This document shows positions 50,501 through 63,351 of a stretch of 64,000 bases of DNA, piece after piece. Origin of the DNA: Phoronis australis (Eukaryota > Animalia > Phoronida); the NCBI GenBank assembly GCA_002633005.1, contig NMRA01000443.1, forward strand, positions 272,361 to 336,360, given 5' to 3'. Under the pieces are notes generated by a model. The model saw only the letters and a program-made list of their open reading frames with translations. It was not told the origin of the DNA and did no database searches. The number at the start of each line of letters is the position of its first letter. The first letter of the stretch is position 1. The position numbers were made by a program, and so were the translations under genes.

Positions 50501-53500
50501 CCTGAGACTGAAGGTAGATCTGAAGCCTTTTGAACCTGGTAAGAACACGGGACTGTTATTAAACTGATCATATCACCATTCACGTTGTGTTTTGACATTT
50601 GACCAGTCCCACATTCCTGTCATCCTTGAACCTGCATGTCTCGTTTGTGGATGCATCGTCATGGAAGTGTTGAATTGTGGATACTGTAAAATTTCTCTAA
50701 TTTTGGACACAATGCGACATAGTCAGGTAGCACAAAACAACAACTTTACATGTGCGCACCCAGCCTTCAATATGGGGGGGCTCGAATTCCTAACGTTGTG
50801 GGCCCATTGGTAACAAAATAGGCGGTGGACTAAAACTGGTGCACCACAACTGTGCTTGTTGGGAATTTTGTCTCATTTTCTCGGACTTTTGTTTCTCACA
50901 GGCGGACCTTTTTGCCCACTTCGCCAAATGGTGGGCTCATTCGAGCCTCCCAGACCCCCCTGGGTGTGCGCATGCTTTACCCGTCTCAATTTGTATACCA
51001 TAGCCATCACCATAGCAACCACCAAACAATGTTTTGAGAAAATGGGCATTCAATGCCCATTTTCTCAAAACATTGTTTGGTGGAATCTTTGAAAAATAAA
51101 AAAGGACAATTTTAGCAATTATTTTTGTCTGATATTACTGGAAATACATAAATGAAAAAGACTGAAAATATAAACAGTCGAGATTATAACAAAAGACATT
51201 GAAAATATGGGATGAATACATAAATTATTTATGAAATAAATTAAAAATTAATAAATAGTAGTATACCTAAGTGAAAAGTCCAGCCGAATGAGCTCTTGAA
51301 ATTGCCTGTGCAGCAATTTTTTGGCTTCTCCATAACTGAAGCAATAGGCTCATCTGAATCAGCAGGGTTTTATTCACCCTGATTTTCTGTCATGTCTGTT
51401 GTGAACCGTCAATATACACTGGGTCAGGGCCCATGTGGGAATTGATGGCAATGAGAATGCAGATAGACTCGCAAAGATAGGAGCAAGTGTTCTGCATTTT
51501 GTGCGTGAACCTGCTATCCTCAGGCTGGTATCTTGCGGATGCTGCAGGATGAGTATTCGCAACTTTGTACATAACCAGTCAGCAGCCCAGTGGGCATCAC
51601 TTAACTCCTGCAGAAAGACCAAGGAAAATTTTCCCAACGTGATCAAACCAAAAGGTTCAAAAATCCTTCTGTGTATAGATAGATTGGGCATAAAACACAT
51701 CATTCAAATTTTGATGGGCCACTGTAACCTAGACTGACACAGACACATTACTGGGCATATGGGGAGCCCAGTGTCCCGAGTGTTGTACTGACATAGAAAC
51801 CCCTAAACACCTGGTAGAGTCTTGCCCAGCGTCTTATAGGCTAAGGAGCAACCTAATGGATGGCACTATTACATGCCTACAACATATAGTGCATGGCAAC
51901 AAATGGAAACAACTGTCCGTTTTCTTAAAGGAGACTGGCAGACTTTAAAACTTCCTTCATGAGGAACCATAATGGGGCTCTCACGCTTTAGTTCAGGTGT
52001 TTTGTGCAATGGGCCCAACCATGAGGCCTGCGCATGTCTGATGCACCGCAAATGATATCAGGCCACCTGCACTTTTTTGTGAATGGTGCCATGTGGTTCA
52101 ATTAAGTAGCATTCTTCTTGAAGGACATCTTCCATTCATGTGCTGAATTCTGAACAAAATTTTCGCCCAGCGTGAACTAGAGATTTTGTTTCCTTACGTC
52201 AAAGTGCCACCGTAGTTGTTTGCAGCACATTCAGTTTCATAGTAAAGTTATCTGCTTAAATCATGTTTTGTATCACCTCCAACTAGCTGAGAACCAACAT
52301 TTAGATGTTTCATTAACTGGGTCAAAGGTTAGTCAGAGTGTTGTTTTTTTGAAACACCCTGTACAAACAGTGTTTACTACTTAACTCACCAACTGATTAG
52401 ATGCCAGGGTTGTTCTCAATGCGAAAATGGAGTTCACAGTCATTTCAAGGTTTGTTTTTGTCATGTTTTTATTTTCAGTTTATTTGTCCTTTTTTTCATT
52501 CACAATGACTGGTGACTAAAACAATGTTTAATTTTTCTATTTCCAATCCTCTGTTGTGCTTCTTGCAGGTCTCATAGACTGGGACATAGTGACCCCGGCA
52601 GACATCACCCAGCCCAGGGTAACCCAGGCTTTGGACAAGAGTGCCAACATCTTCAACACCATCACTGGTACTATCACACAGCAGGTGGGACGCACCGTCT
52701 CACAAGTACAGGTGGCCTTAGGTAGGCTCGACGTGTTGAAGCACTATCAACTGGTCTCATGTTCTGCTGTTTGGCTTAAGTTGTGTATTTTGAAATATTT
52801 TTATGCAGCAAAAATAAGTGGACACAGCATGTTATGTCACTGTAGGTGCACTGACAGTGATCTAGAAACAGACCTCTGGTGGGTCTGCGAACCAATGGTC
52901 CCATTTTGAAAACTTGTTCACGTGGTTTCGTGGATATATTTAAAAATCAAATGTGGCATTTCTGAAAACTTTACTTTATATCTAAAAACAATCTCCGTGA
53001 TGGTAGCTGATGAGTTGCAGCACTTTTTAATTGTGGTGTGAAAATTCTGATCACTTATTCGGGCAACGAATCCGCGCTTTTTTGTAAACAACAATTTCTT
53101 CCAATACATTACGGCGTTTTCCCGTTGCTCCCAACTTGTTCGATTCTATAGCCCAACAACAAGTTGGGAAGATCACCCCTGTAGCCAATATCTTACATGA
53201 CTGTCACGTCATTCTGGCATTTATGGTTGGAGGGGCAGCTCTCTTTTGTTCGATAATTGCTCTAATCTCCAATAAGATCATATCTACCCTGAGTGGGCTG
53301 TGTTGTTAAAAATAAAAGTTAAGTTATAGCATATTTGAACATAAACCAATAGCATTTCTGAAATCTTTGTCAAATGGTGATCATGTTTAGTTTTTGAATC
53401 GCCAAAATCACCCAACTGCAACCGAGGTTACCACAATCTATTCTTTCCGAATACACCAATTCACTCTGACTTTGGTCACATGTGGTCTGTAATAACCCTG

Positions 53501-56500
53501 GTAGATTATTGGCCTACTTGTTGTCATAACAGACAAAAGAGTGTGCTTGGCAGTGAACAAAGAAGCTAGATGTTATCACACCCTCAGAACCCCAAACCAC
53601 TGGTAAAGTCACTGAATGGGAAAACGCTGTAATGAGCTTTTTGGAAACTTGATTTTGCTGTCCTGATGATGCAAATTGATATCTATTGTAATCTTCGAAA
53701 TGAGGTGATAGTGAAGATTAGTAGATAGGTATATTTTCATTTTGTACCAACTCCTACATGTTGTATTTAGGGCTGTTCCAGCAAAATCTGTGTGGGAGGA
53801 GGGGGAAGGCAACTGAAATAAAAATTTATGGGTGATTGCGTTTGATTTAAATTCAAAATGGCTGGTGGTTGTACTTCAAAAAAATAAAAATTTACAGGTC
53901 GTTGTTGTTTCATTGGGCCATAAATGTTTGATGGTGGGTAATTTTAGTAAATTTTATAAACAATCCACACAGAATCAAAAACTGAAACAAAAATGCAACT
54001 TGCAAAAAGCTCCGACTTTTTCACTCCCTCCGATCTCCTCATCGGCATGCCCATAACACCATTTAACCACAGGTGCTCGAATTTCTCGATGGCTAATAAC
54101 CATATATAAGAAACGTGTTTTCTTAGTAATGAATGACGTTAGTGGTGATGGCGGAACAGATAAACTCAAGCGCCTGTGCAGTCAACCACAAGAACAAAAA
54201 AAAAATTACGGGTGGTTGCATTTCAAACTTATAAAAAATTACGGATGGTAGGCTGAAGAAATAAATGACAAATATGGGTGGTGGGTGCGAAAAATNGCAT
54301 ATTTGAACATAAACCAATAGCATTTCTGAAATCTTTGTCAAATGGTGATCATGTTTAGTTTTTGAATCGCCAAAATCACCCAACTGCAACCGAGGTTACG
54401 ACAATCTATTCTTTCCGAATACACCAATTCACTCTGACTTTGGTCACATGTGGTCTGTAATAACCCTGGTAGATAATTGGCCTACTTGTTGTCATAACAG
54501 ACAAAAGAGTGTGCTTGGCAGTTAACAAAGCTAGATGTTATCACAAGCTCAGAACCCCAAACCACTGGTAAAGTCACTGAATGGGAAAACGCTGTAATGA
54601 GCTTTTTGGAAACTTGATTTTGCTGTCCTGATGTATATTTTCATTTTGTACCAACTCCTACATGTTGCATTAATTAAACAGAAGGGTTTCTATTGGACAT
54701 GTTTGATTTTTAGAATGATTCAGCAGTCGAGGTTACCATCACTTCTAGTAGGAATGGCAACCATATGTTGGCCAAAGTCTTGATTTTGAAACTGAGCAAA
54801 ATAATAATTTTGATAGATTTTTGTTGCTGTAAAAGTTGATATCTGTACACAGATAATTCGTCATGTGCCAGTGGAGCACTGTAGTCTTTTTGTGATTTTC
54901 TATGGAATGAGGTGGAAAAGTATTATGCTTGTTGACTGTCAAATGCAGGAACAGTGGCCACAGCCAGGCTAGATGTTAAGCCAGCCTGATTAGATTTTTT
55001 CTGATATTCGTATGCCATTGAACAGATTAAAGGGGAAATTTTTTATGATTTTATACACCCACATATTTATATGTGGTCGCATATTGCCGTCATCTCTGTC
55101 TGGGGGTCCGAGGCTGTATCTCCTAAACCCCTTGCAGGATCTTATTGAAATTTGGCGAGTGTGTTCCTATGGGGTTGACAACAGAGGGCAATGAGTTTCG
55201 GACTGACCCGAATACCACTGTGCCCCCTTGTGGCAATTTTATTTTTTTATATTTGCCTCTGTGTCTTCAAAGGTCCTCAACCGATTTTCGTGAAATTTGG
55301 CACATAGACATCTATAAGTGAGATGACGCCATTTTGTTGGTTTCGAGTCTGTTTTTTGGTGTCCGTCCCTCTGTCAACCAAACCACTCTAAGAATGATTG
55401 TGAAAGTCGGCATGTATGTTTTTTCTATGAAGGGGATAGTTGACGATGGTTTTCCGATATCTTCGAGTACTGTGGTGCCTCCTAGTGGCGTTTTCGTTTT
55501 TTTTGCACCCGTACCTGTATCTCCTAAGCCCTCTGCAGGATTTTTATTAAATTTAGCAAGTGTTTTTGTATGAAGTTAACGAGAAAAGACTACAACTTTT
55601 AGACGGAACCAATGAACACTGTGCCCCCTAGTGGCAATTTCATTTTTTTTTGTTTTCCTCTGTTGCTCTGAAGTTCCTCGACGAATTTTAATGAAATTTA
55701 GTAAATGGTTTTCTTTTAAAGAAACAACGACATTTTCTGGTTTTCAGACAGATTCGATGTATTTTGCACCATCTAGTGGCCATTTCGATGATACGAACAA
55801 TACCCCTTAAAAGCACACCTTTTGCGATGCATTCGTGGGTGCATTTCAACGCTCCACATTGCTCTTGTTTAAATTAGTAAAAATGCCAATCATTGCTTAT
55901 ATTTTAGATTAATTTGTAAACGTCAATTGCTGTTCTCCTGGCATGTGAAACAATAGAGAGACACGCTAACCCCCTATGTCTTGGATCTGCATTCACCTCC
56001 ATAGAGTAAACTTTTAAGTTCAGTAAGGAATAGGACCTTAAAAGGTCTTATTCCTTACTGAACACAGTCTGTGCAGTTCATTGAGTTTATTCTATGAAAG
56101 GGAATACAAAACCAAGTTACAACTGCAACCAATTTGTCAGGCTGTTGACATCACGTTCTATTGATCCATGGAGGGAACATAGTCACCATGGGAACAGCAG
56201 CTAACCAGGGATCTTCATTTTTGTTGAGGATAACATCAAAAACTGTTGATTTACCCTTTAAGAGTAGTTTTTCAGCTTAAAATGGCCATCTTCTGCACTG
56301 TGTGGTCATTTAGGAACCTCAGTATGAAAAAAGATGATGTACACTGTATGTTCCTGAAAAATCACCCATGGGCACTTTCTAGTGTTGGGTGCTTTTTGAG
56401 AAATCCCTGGTAGTATTAATAGGGCAAGAGCTTTGATATGACGAACTGCACCTTTAGCTACTTGGTTGGATGATGTCAATTTTTACGTATGAAAAGCACT

Positions 56501-58297
56501 TTTTTAAAACATTTATTTTCTTATCACATTTCAGGTATCAAAGAAGATGAAGTTATTGACTATATGCCTACGAAGTCACCATTGAACGATGAGGATTATC
56601 GTACTTTCCTGGACGTCGACGGCAGACTTAGCAAACCAGCTGAGCTGCGGCTCGCTGTGTACGAGCGGGGCATCGAAGCATCATTGCGGAGAGTTGTGTG
56701 GCGCCACCTGTTGAATGTTTATCCGGTTGGGCTGACGGGTAAGGAACGGATGGACTACATGAAGCGTAAATCTGCTGAGTACATGGGTCTTAGGGATGAG
56801 TGGAAAGGTATGATGCAGAATGGTACACCGTCAGAAGACTTGAATGTGATAATTAACATGGTGAAAAAGGACGTACTGAGGACAGATAGGACGCACGAAT
56901 TCTACGCCGGTTCTGATGAAAACCAGAACGTGTTGTCACTATTCAACGTGCTTGTCACGTATGCGGCAACTCACCCTCAAGTGTCATATTGTCAAGGAAT
57001 GAGTGACATCGCTTCGCCCCTGTTGGTCATTCAGAGAGACGAAGCGACGGCTTACATCTGTTTCTGCGCTTTGATGACCAGACTGCAGTTCAACTTTATG
57101 TACGATGGTGTTGTCATGACAACCAAGTTCCAGCATCTATCAGAGCTCCTACAACACCATGATCCTGAGTTCTTTGCCTATCTTGAGATGCACGATGCTG
57201 CTGACCTCTTCTTCTGTTACCGCTGGCTCCTTCTTGAGGCCAAACGGGAGTTCCCTTTCGACGACGCTCTCTACATGTTGGAGATCATGTGGAGCTCAAT
57301 ACCTCTCCAGCCCCCACAAGGGGAGCTAGCGTTGTGTGATCCGCAGTATTCGGTTCGACACCTCTCCAACTCTCCCGCTTCTCCAGTTACCAAGGAGAAT
57401 GTCTACACACACTTGAGGACTTTGCGTAGGCGAGCATCGTATTCTTCCGGTTTAAATTCTCAGGCATCGAGTCTCAAGTGTTCTTGTTCACCAGTAAAGA
57501 CTGTCGTCATGGAGAAGGCCTCTCCTATCGGCACCCCGGTTGATGAACAGAATGGGACTGAGTTTCCATCTGAGATTCCTGAGGCTATGACAGCATCATT
57601 AACAGAGAAAATGTGTGCAATAAATAAATCATTGGAACCTGGTGATAGCAAAACTGTTGGATTAGTGCCGTGTGACAACTGCATAGAGCAAGTCTCAGAT
57701 TCTGACGAAAAAGCAAAAAATCCATTAGCAACTGTGAATAGATATGATTCGTTGCACGAAGCCCTACAATTCAAATCAGTATTTTACGTCCCCTTGAGTA
57801 GTGTAGGAGGGAGCACTGAACCCCTGTCAGACCAATGCCTTAACAAAACTTCATCTTTGTGCAACATCGGAAGCCGAAAGCTTTCACCTTCACACTTGCC
57901 CAGTTTGGTGCTAGATGGGAAGGCGCGAACATTCAGTGATTCTGGGTTCAACGACCAGGCAGGCGACGGAACCCAGAATAAAACGATAGCCAAGTCGACA
58001 TCGTCGGACTACATAAAGATTGAGGGTGTGCCACTGTTCTTGCCGCCCCCTGGTGAGTTCGGTCACAGCAATCCTTTCCTCATGTTCATCTGCTTCACAC
58101 TGTTATTTAGCCAGAGAGACGTGATCATGAAGAGTCGCATGGACTATAATGACCTGGCCATGCTGTTTGACAAACTTGTGCGTAAGCACAATGTTTATAA
58201 GGTGCTTCACAAAGCAAAGGTTCTGTATCAAGACTACCTGAAGGACTTCCAGAGGTCGTCATCCAAGGAAAACAGCTCTGACTTTGACATTATTTAG
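38519..58297 (+). CDS. TBC1D25: TBC1 domain family member 25 (OATL1; Rab-GAP with LC3-interacting region), 5 exons, 739 aa
   Basis: Exons 38519-38563 (MFAFESREVVRVKVK), 40543-40652 (KCDGFMQPEVKKFCLDPQITSFEMLQHLL), 50390-50538 (GEEVYLSLLSDWDL..PYLRLKVD), 52569-52721 (LIDWDIVTPADI, LIR motif; QVGRTVSQVQ), 56535-58297 (TBC domain: KDVLRTDR arginine finger, YCQGMSD glutamine finger, FFCYRWLLLEAKREF). Total 2220 nt, in frame, all GT-AG. Confidence 0.95.
39126..39857. mobile_element. Old foldback MITE with ~150-bp degenerate TIRs in TBC1D25 intron 1
   Basis: TGATGACATTGATCTACGCACA..CACTATTTCCC..CGCCATGTT is mirrored by AACATGGCG..GGGAAATAGTG..TGTGTGTAGGTTAATGTCGTCA. Confidence 0.65.
42165..42610 (+). 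mobile_element. Dispersed repeat copy; inverted copy at ~53108-53580 (and allelic partial copy 54297-54545)
   Basis: GATTCAAAAACTAAACATGATC..GAAATGCTATTGGTTTATGTTCAAATATG..GATATTGGCTACAGGGGTGATCTTCCCAACTTGTTGTTGGGCTATAGAAT is present as the reverse complement at 53.1-53.6 kb. Confidence 0.85.
45084..45916 (+). mobile_element. Kolobok-like non-autonomous DNA transposon carrying a THAP-domain ORF
   Basis: TTAA|AGGAGAATGCCACCC ... GGGTGGCATTCTCCT|TTAA: perfect 15-bp TIR, TTAA TSD, RR..YY termini. Internal ORF 45245-45625 has THAP C2CH features (CIVPAC..SFFRLP..VCGRHF). No DDE domain. Confidence 0.85.
47722..47858 (+). repeat. 39-bp x~3.5 tandem repeat
   Basis: GCAAGGTCCCTAGACTTCATTGGTGTTTGCCTAGTCTAG repeated. 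Confidence 0.92.
50748..50975. mobile_element. MITE of a family with related fragments at ~32585-32848, 34895-35130, 35770-35985, 38095-38160, 61560-61712
   Basis: TIR-like CATGTGCGCACCCAG ... CTGGGTGTGCGCATG; shared internal AGGCGGACCTTTTT..TTCGAGCC..CCCC motifs in the other copies. Confidence 0.7.
51405..51962 (+). mobile_element. 5'-truncated LINE 3' end (R1/LOA/I-group) with RNase H C-terminus and Cys/His knuckle
   Basis: VNIHWVRAHVGIDGNENADRLAK (RNase H motif), CRKTK, LMGHCNL, ..ETPKHLVESCPA..; contains a stop and a frameshift. Confidence 0.8.
53329..54672. repeat. Haplotype-like duplicate across N with an insertion in one copy
   Basis: 53329-53768 vs 54297-54672. Copy 1 continues into TAGGGCTGTTCCAG-starting sequence (53769-54295) up to the N at 54296; copy 2 lacks it and also has a ~60-bp deletion. 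Confidence 0.75.
55049..55869 (+). mobile_element. Helentron/DINE-like non-autonomous element with internal degenerate tandem units
   Basis: Starts TTTTATACACCC and ends TTGCTCTTGTT. Internal repeats TGTATCTCCTAA..GCAGGAT..AAATTT(G/A)GC (55115, 55516) and ..CCCTAGTGGC. Related fragments at ~59580-59840 and 61160-61480. Family assignment is inferred. Confidence 0.55.
55998..56098. repeat. Nested near-perfect palindrome / mini foldback
   Basis: GTTCAGTAAGGAATAGGACCTT-AA-AAGGTCTTATTCCTTACTGAAC with outer CATAGAGTAAACT / AGTTTATTCTATG. Confidence 0.8.
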
Positions 58298-60669
58298 TGT
58301 CTGACCAGTCAGCTTCTTCCTGTGTTGTTGTGTATTGACCATTATCATCTTGGTGAAAGCGTTGCAGGTTTTGGGTTAATAGTTGCTTGTGGGGAGGTTT
58401 ATTCTTCCACTCTTTAGTCGGACTTCTGTCTAGTATGAATCAAGTGCTTTATGCCATTAGCTGGGTTCATTCTGTTTGAATGACAACTTAATTAGATAAA
58501 CAATCACCCTGTTTTCATTATATTGTTTCTATGGGTTCGTTGATTGACAGGTTTATAACATGCTGACCACTAAAGGTCATGACCTTCCCTTTATTGATAA
58601 AGTAACATGATAGTGGAGTATTCTTGAGGTTACTTGCCATTATTTTGGCTATGCAGTGACTTAAGCAAAATATATAATGTGGGAGTACCGAATTAAAAGA
58701 CTGTCTCTAATGGTTCAGCGTTGATCACAATACAGCTTTCTCAGTTGGTAAAATGGAAAATTACTTGCCTCCTTTACATGCGCATGAGCCTGTTGAATTA
58801 TTTTAATTGCTCAGTTGGTTACATAAAAGTAGTCGAAGGTGGTCCTTATGGATCGAGAGTTTCCACACTGTGTTGCTTTCACCCTTTTGAAATTGTGCAA
58901 TAATGATAAAGGATGTTTTGATAGGAATAGAAAATATTTGAAAAACACACTAAAGGGCTGTGTTTAAAATGTGGATATATTTTTATAATTACTGAATGTG
59001 CAGGTACCTTGAATTATTTGAGTAGTATTGGGTGCATGGCTTCTTAACAACAGTTGCCATGGTAAATCAGAAAGCTACTTATAGACGTTTGTATTCCTGT
59101 AACCAAAAGTGAAAATAATTTGTTATACATATGATTAGGGCATCCAACATGGAAGTTTTTTGAGAAACCTCGCGGAACTCAAAATTCCAAATGATTTGTC
59201 AGAAATGCTAATACTTGATTTGCGAGTGTGTAAATAATGTTACTTGGCTGTGCAGGTCTTATAACTGCATTTCAAACTGGTTTTTAAAAGTCTTACCTGT
59301 GGACGTTTTGGTGTTGGTTGTACTTACTTTTCCAGTGTGCTTAAATTGCCTATTAGGCAAAAGTGGGGTATCTTAATTCACATTTATCCAGACTCCTGTG
59401 ATGATTTGATCCTTTTAAGAGACACTAAAACAGTGTGGGTTATGCTACTACTTCTTTATTTAAATGTAACAATAAATTGTTTTGGAAAGGTATTGGCAAT
59501 TGTTCAGTTTCCGTGGGATAGGCCAATGCATTTTTGCTTAACGAATGCGCCGAGACCGTTGCACCGTTGGCAGGGAACTTTTTGTGTGCCCACGCATATA
59601 CATGTACATATAATGTATATCCATATATATTTATTTACCTATCCGGTTGTCCGCTCGATATCTCAAAAACCCTTGGTCGGATTTTGATGAAATTTAGCAC
59701 TGGGTGAAGTGCATCACTACAACGGTTCATGCCAATTTTCAAGGAAACATGAAACAATGTTGTGTGACATTTAAAATGTGCCGGCACGATTAAACTTTCA
59801 GACTGACTCAGTCGACCACCGCAGCACTACCTAGTGGCCATTTTGTTCTCGACCAGGGACTTTAAGGTTGTCTGCAACCTTATTCACAAAAATTGGCCAT
59901 TTTTACAATATTTCACGTGTGTCTAGCAAAATATCTTCACTCTGGGGGAACTTCAAATACAAAATATAAACCGCATAGCGAGAAAAAAAATTCGCAGAAC
60001 CTTGGCGCACAACCGCGTGGATATTTGTTTACTATTTATCAAAGGTTAAAGGGCTTTCAATTAAATCGAATCTCCCGCCAGGTACAGAACAGCTTCGTAT
60101 ACCCTCAGTCCATTCATTCATAAAGTTGCCATAACATTGGGCTAACGAGGTGTTCTCATGATAGAATGGTGTCGCGGAAACGAATACAAAACGTAGTTTT
60201 GATCCTCAGGGAGTTGTACGTCTACATGCATACGACCCGTTGGCGTTGAAAACGAATGCTACCAATCACCTCTTGCCTCTGTGGTCATGAGCTAAGAAAA
60301 TTCAATTGACATTTCGATATTTCGTTCTCATGCTAATGACGTACTTTAACCTCCGATTCGACTTTTGTGATCCATTTCTTACTTGGTTTCGTATCAGTCT
60401 CCCTGCACTTGACGTGTACAGGCTATGAACTATGACCTACTATTTGAGGTTTTAATGATAATTAGGTTAGTTACGCACTGCAAAATCAGTTGACATTGCG
60501 AGTGAACGTTGAAATAGCTAACATAGTTAAGGACTGTATAGGTTATGTGTACCGAAAACAAGTTTTCACCGAATAATTAACCGAAGACCTTGAGATTTTC
60601 ACTTGTCGGCTTTTTCTCGGCTTCGACTTTATTTGAACTTAGGAACACTAGTTCTCGAAAACGGATGGA

Positions 60670-60925
60670 TGGATGTCGCTGAAACTTTCCAAACTTAATA
60701 TTTTAGTCATCAGTCTCAAAAACACTGTTAGGATTTTTGATATAAAGGCCTAGTTTTTGCGTAATGTGACAAAGACGAATACGACTTCAATTTTTTACAA
60801 AAATACCTTACGTCTTGCGAGTTGATTTGTCATAGAAACCAAACGAACAGACTAATCGAAAATTCCTAACAGCATTTTTGAGGTAACTGGTGAAGTTTTC
60901 ATTTAAAGAAAGTTTCATTAAAATC
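60670..60925. mobile_element. Degenerate foldback MITE
   Basis: GAAACTTTC..CTCAAAAACACTGTTAGGATTTTTGAT is mirrored by ATCGAAAATTCCTAACAGCATTTTTGAG..GAAAGTTTC. Confidence 0.5.
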
Positions 60926-62170
60926 GACCGAGGGGTTATTTTGCTATGAGTATACCTTTCTTAAAAGTGAAATTTTGACTTAAAAAGGTTTTTACGTAAA
61001 AGTAACAATGACACATAAATACGAAAAGTATATTTATATTTCCTGGTCTTTTTTCTTTCAGAAAATATATACTTTTACTAGTTGACAAAGCTTAGTTTTC
61101 TGATGTACGAGTTAGAATGGAGGCCACTAGATAAGGTTGAAGAAAACCTTGAAGGTTTTTTGGGCAGAGCGTTTCTGGATGATATCTAAAGGCCTGATGG
61201 GCGCATTTCAATGAAACTTGGAACAGAAGCGCGGGCACCGTTTGATTTTCAAGCGGATTCGACTATTGCAGCGCCACCTAGTGGTCCTTTTGTATGAAAG
61301 CGTTTCTGGTAGAGAACTGAGATAGGTGGATTTCAATGTAAGTTGACACAGATACGTGATGTCACTGCGCCAACACCATTAAATTTTTGGGCGAATTTGA
61401 CCACTGTAGCAGCTGTTGTTTTGGGCAAAGAGTGTTTTCGGATGATATATAGAGACGGGTTTTCCGAAACTTGAGTGGGAAGTAGGCGATGCAGCCCGGG
61501 GACTGATCCAGGATTTTGAGTTATGGGGCCAGAGCACAGGAATAACCAGAATTTCGGCAGATGCGCGCGCCCAGATTAAATGTAGGTATGCAGGATTCTC
61601 GAATTTTTTGGTTTGCGGACCTTTTGACTAAAAAAAAACACGATAAACGGTGTTTGTTCAGGGCCTATGCATTGTTTATTCACCCCCTGAGCCCCCCTGG
61701 TTGCGCGCATGCGCCTAGTCAGCAATTCGCAACCCTGCCAAATGGTATCTGGTGGAATTTTAGGGAGGGCATGGCCCCTTGCCCCCCCCCACGCCTAAAT
61801 CTGCCACAGCGATGACCACGCTCGGGCATCATTTAATTTTCGAGCTCATTCGACTACTACTACTGCTGCGCCTCATAGTGGCTCTTAGAACCATATCGTT
61901 TGCGATACACGAAGCGCATGTCAACGCCTCAACGTTGCTCTTTTTATAGAAAATATCACTTGGGTTATTTGCCCATATGGCCCAAAATATTTGGACTCTA
62001 AAAATCCTTCCTCCTTGCCAGAAGCTTTCGTTGACCACTTGCTCCTGTACTGGTGCGTTTCGTAGACGCAAAATTCTCGCGCAGGAACTTAGTGTCATGA
62101 GCTTCTGTTGTAGTGCATAGCGATATTTCACGCCCTTGCGCCGTGACCTTACTTTTCGTGACTGAGAGCC

Positions 62171-62253
62171 CATGGGCATGGGCGGCGTGCCATAGGGGCC
62201 TGAGGGACTTTAGCCCTCCACTTTTTTCAGTGCTGCGCTGCCAATGGCCCATG
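62171..62253 (-). mobile_element. ~85-bp mini-MITE; inverted relative at ~37620-37700
   Basis: Reverse complement GCAGCACTGAAAAAAGTGGAGGGCTAAAGTCCCTCAGGCCCC resembles GCAGCACCGAAAAACTGGGGGAGCTGAAGCCCCCTCAGCCCCCC. Confidence 0.55.
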
Positions 62254-63270
62254 GGTCTATGAAACACAGGAATAGCTCGTCTCTTTATTTAGGTGTGATT
62301 CTTGGGATGAGCTGTCACATAGTGTGCGCAATATCGTAAAACGTGGAAAATGAACAAGAATCGGGTTTCGGATTTTGTCTTACTCGGCAACCAGATATTC
62401 AGAAGCGCCGTTACCATTGATATGCGTAAATATACACGTGCCTCGCTGACAAATATGAAAAGAGCAAATATAAGGTCATTGTTGTAATTTGTGTTTTTCA
62501 ATTTGTTTTGACAATGCCTAGTAACTCAAGCACTTTTTTATTCAAACTGTCGTGAGAACGGTGCCGTGGCCCTATAGGAGTTTTTCGAACAAGACCATGA
62601 CGCTAAATCGTCGTGAGAGACCGTCCGGAGTTGGTATATGGTGCAATTCAGGACGTCTGGGCTCAACAGAAAACCATATTTCTACTGTGAGTCTACACCA
62701 ATGGGATAAACGAGAGTAGTTCTACTTGCCGCATCAGCTGCAGGTATCATTATCTCTTTTATGACAAACAACATGTGACTGGGCAAAGGCTTTTCAAATT
62801 AGTGTAGATAATCCAGTGGAGCGTGAGATCCCTGAGGTCCCTGTCCAGTCCTCACGACAATTCCACGTTATGATTTACATGAATTGAAGAGCTTCCGATA
62901 TTAACTCAACCAGAAAGACGCCCACTAAGGATGTAACAACAGGCAGGCTCATCTACTTAAAATATGTTGGATTTTGTAAGAATCTCCTTTCATTGTTAGC
63001 TTTCTCTCTGGAAGAATACCAAATAGCGTGATGTCAGTCGCTTCTTAAAGGAGATACCTTACGCCTTTTCAAAATTCACTAGATTCTTTGGGGTATAAGA
63101 GAATTCAGATGAGCGCCTTATCCATAAGAAAAGAAATCCCACGTAAAACCCCAGGCGTTGTGGCAAGCTATTGAAATCGCAACCTGCCAAATTCAGTAAG
63201 GAAATGACGATGTAGGACCTAGTGAAACCCACAATCCGTCTAAAAAACTAAATGCTGATTTTGACCACTT

Positions 63271-63351
63271 TGTGCTATAGTGTTCACCTCAATTTGCTCT
63301 TTACTGAGATTGTGCTATAGTGTTCACCTCAATTTGTTCTTTACTGAGATA
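63271..63351 (+). repeat. 40-bp x2 tandem repeat
   Basis: TGTGCTATAGTGTTCACCTCAATTTG(C/T)TCTTTACTGAGAT twice. Confidence 0.9.

Noticed and set aside
56489-56534. ATG at 56489 as the TBC protein start
   Set aside because: Lies in the intron before the acceptor at 56534; upstream exons encode the conserved TBC1D25 N-terminus.
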